From a virus, in IMG/VR virus record IMGVR_UViG_3300041097_000006: a stretch of DNA of 64,000 nucleotides. One strand, 5' to 3'. Positions 62,050-64,000 of the stretch are shown piece after piece. The notes beneath the pieces were generated by a model. It did not search any database, was not told where the DNA came from, and saw nothing but the letters and a program-made list of their open reading frames with translations. The position numbers were made by a program, and so were the translations under genes. Each line of letters starts with the position of its first letter. The first letter of the stretch is position 1.

Positions 62050-64000
62050 CCCCGCGTCTGTCGTCGACATCGACTTTGAAACCTACTCGGAAGCGGGGTT
62101 TCGGTTCGATGCTGCCGGCACCCCCCGGTCCCCGCTCGGGGACCACCCAAGCGCCAAGCGGGGGCTTCCCCTCGTAGGCGCTTGGGCCTACTCAGAGCAT
62201 GAATCGACGCGCATACTGTGCTTGTGGTATCGATTTGCGGCCGGGGAATATCTCTCATGGGTGCCAGGGCTTCCGCCCCCGGAACCCCTGTTCCGGCACA
62301 TCGCGCGGGGCGGGCTGGTCCGGGCGCACAATGACAGTTTCGAGTATGCCATCTGGCTGAACGTCGCACACCGTCGGATGGGCTGGCCCACTCTGCCCCG
62401 CGAGCAGCTGACAGACTCCGCGGCACAAGCCCGGGCCTGGGGTCTGCCGGGTTCGCTGGAAAATGCGGCTGCGGTACTGGGCCTGGCCCAGCAGAAGGAC
62501 GCCGCCGGGGCCGCGGCCATGCGGAAGCTGTCCGTGCCGCGGCGCCCCACGAAAAACGACAGATCGCGCAGCGTTAGCCCGGAGGCTAGTCCGGGGGATT
62601 ACCTCCGGCTTTATGCATACTGCAAACAGGACGTGGCGACGCAGCGGGCAGTATCGGACGCCTGCCCCCCCATCCCCGAGCCCGCCCTATTCCGGCTCGA
62701 TCAGCAGATCAACACCCGTGGCATCTACGTTGACCGGCCGCTCGCCCTCGCATGCCAGCAGATTATTACGCAGGCCGCTCGCGCCTACACGGAGGAAATC
62801 CGCGACGTGACCCGGGGCGCGATTCAGGGACCGGGGCAGGTTTCGGCAATCCTGCAATGGCTCGGCGACCAGGGCGTGCGCCTGGAATCCCTGGACGACG
62901 AACACCTATCGCGGGCGCTGGCGGACCCCACGATTACCGGCACACCCCGCCGCGTGCTGGAAATCCGCGCGGCGATGGCGTCGGCCAGCGTCAAAAAAAT
63001 CCCGGCTCTGCTACATCAGACCGGCCATGACAACCGCATACGCAATCTGTTTACGTACTGCGGGGCCGGGCGTACCCGGCGTTGGTCCGGGTCCGACCTC
63101 CAGCCGCAAAATCTACCGGGTTCCGGCCCGGACACCGTACGCTGCCGGGCGTGCGGCGCGGTACGGTGGGCGCGCGGGTATTGCTGCCCCGCCCCCGACC
63201 CTACCCCCCTGGAGTGGGGCATCGACGGCATGGAGGCCGCCATCCCGGACCTGATGACCGGGGACTGGCGCTATGTCACCGGCAGGTGGGGCGATGCCCT
63301 CGGGGTCGTCGCCGGCTGCCTGCGCGGCATGCTGCGGGCGGCCCCCGGGCGTGACCTGATCGCATCCGATTTTTCGGCCATCGAAGCGGTGGTACTCGCG
63401 GCACTGGCCGGGGAGGAGTGGCGCCTGGAGGTTTTCCGTACCCACGGGAAAATTTATGAAATGTCGGCGGCGAAAATTTCGGGCATCCCGTTCGAGGAAT
63501 TCATTCGGCATAGGCAGGAGACCGGGCAGCACCATCCGCTACGTAAAAAAATCGGGAAGGTCGCCGAGCTGGCTTCGGGCTACCAGGGAGCGGTCGGCGC
63601 CTGGAAGCAATTCGGCGCCGACAAATTCATGGCCGATGATGAAATCGCCCGCAACGTCCGCCTGTGGCGTGAGGCGTCCCCGCGCATCGTGGACCTGTGG
63701 TATGGGCTGGAACGGTGCGCCATCGGGGCGCTTCAAAACCCCGGTACAGAGTACCGGCATCGTAGCATCCGGTACGTGTACCGCGGAGGCGCGCTGTACT
63801 GCCTGCTGCCGTCGGGGGGGTATCTGACGTACCACAATCCCCGCATCGAGCTGGAGGACGGCCCGTATGGGCGCCGGGCGAAAATATGCTTTTGGGGTTG
63901 GAACACAAACCCGAAAAACGGCCCGGTAAACCGGTGGATCGAATACCGCACGTATGGCGGGAAGCTAACGGAAAATGTCACACAAGCAACGGCGCGAGAC
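62042..64000 (+). CDS. Copy 2: family A DNA polymerase (cut by window end; absent from ORF track)
   Basis: Matches 23562-25520. Confidence 0.93.
   Translation, partial: MRDPASVVDIDFETYSEAGFRFDAAGTPRSPLGDHPSAKRGLPLVGAWAYSEHESTRILCLWYRFAAGEYLSWVPGLPPPEPLFRHIARGGLVRAHNDSFEYAIWLNVAHRRMGWPTLPREQLTDSAAQARAWGLPGSLENAAAVLGLAQQKDAAGAAAMRKLSVPRRPTKNDRSRSVSPEASPGDYLRLYAYCKQDVATQRAVSDACPPIPEPALFRLDQQINTRGIYVDRPLALACQQIITQAARAYTEEIRDVTRGAIQGPGQVSAILQWLGDQGVRLESLDDEHLSRALADPTITGTPRRVLEIRAAMASASVKKIPALLHQTGHDNRIRNLFTYCGAGRTRRWSGSDLQPQNLPGSGPDTVRCRACGAVRWARGYCCPAPDPTPLEWGIDGMEAAIPDLMTGDWRYVTGRWGDALGVVAGCLRGMLRAAPGRDLIASDFSAIEAVVLAALAGEEWRLEVFRTHGKIYEMSAAKISGIPFEEFIRHRQETGQHHPLRKKIGKVAELASGYQGAVGAWKQFGADKFMADDEIARNVRLWREASPRIVDLWYGLERCAIGALQNPGTEYRHRSIRYVYRGGALYCLLPSGGYLTYHNPRIELEDGPYGRRAKICFWGWNTNPKNGPVNRWIEYRTYGGKLTENVTQATARD

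Larger units (their letters stand above)
38481..64000. repeat. Second partial copy of the genome (equals 1-25520); direct tandem repeat with period 38,480
   Basis: All ORFs in the track recur with identical translation at +38,480. Confidence 0.97.

Noticed and set aside
1-64000. tRNA, rRNA, IS elements, introns/inteins, invertible shufflon
   Set aside because: None recognisable by eye: no transposase, RT or invertase ORF, and TerL, PolA and the helicases show no large insertions. A tRNAscan/Infernal run would be needed to exclude small RNAs.

Overview
The window holds one complete ~38,480-bp high-GC tailed-phage (siphovirus) genome plus 0.66 of a second copy: 38481-64000 repeats 1-25520, with every translated ORF recurring unchanged at +38,480, most likely a circular contig wrapped on itself. 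The backbone is mosaic: an HK97-type head module (HNH, TerS, TerL, portal, protease, capsid), a lambda/GTA-like long tail, holin plus GH73 endolysin, and an APSE-like replication module (family A DNA polymerase, DUF2815 SSB, DUF2800/Cas4-like protein, SF2 helicase, VRR-NUC, primase-helicase). No integrase or other recombinase is recognisable. The main discovery is at 9382-13578 (copy 2: 47862-52058), between HNH/putative cos and terS: an integron-type array of nine attC sites (seven intact, 57-126 bp; both terminal ones truncated) delimiting eight cassettes. Each R'' box is the exact reverse complement of the preceding R' box. All cargo genes lie antisense to the attC top strand, look like phage accessory genes, and in several cases take their Shine-Dalgarno, start or stop signals from inside the attC. 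Two cassettes carry their own operator-flanked promoter and homologous small regulators. Other notable items: a three-gene glycosyl/methyltransferase module after the capsid gene, an apparently catalytically dead Cas4-like protein ending in the SSB tail DDDIPF, a palindrome cluster at 14150-14400, and a frameshifted kelch-like gene after the endolysin. Start codons were adjusted by eye; all family calls are from remembered motifs, not database searches.
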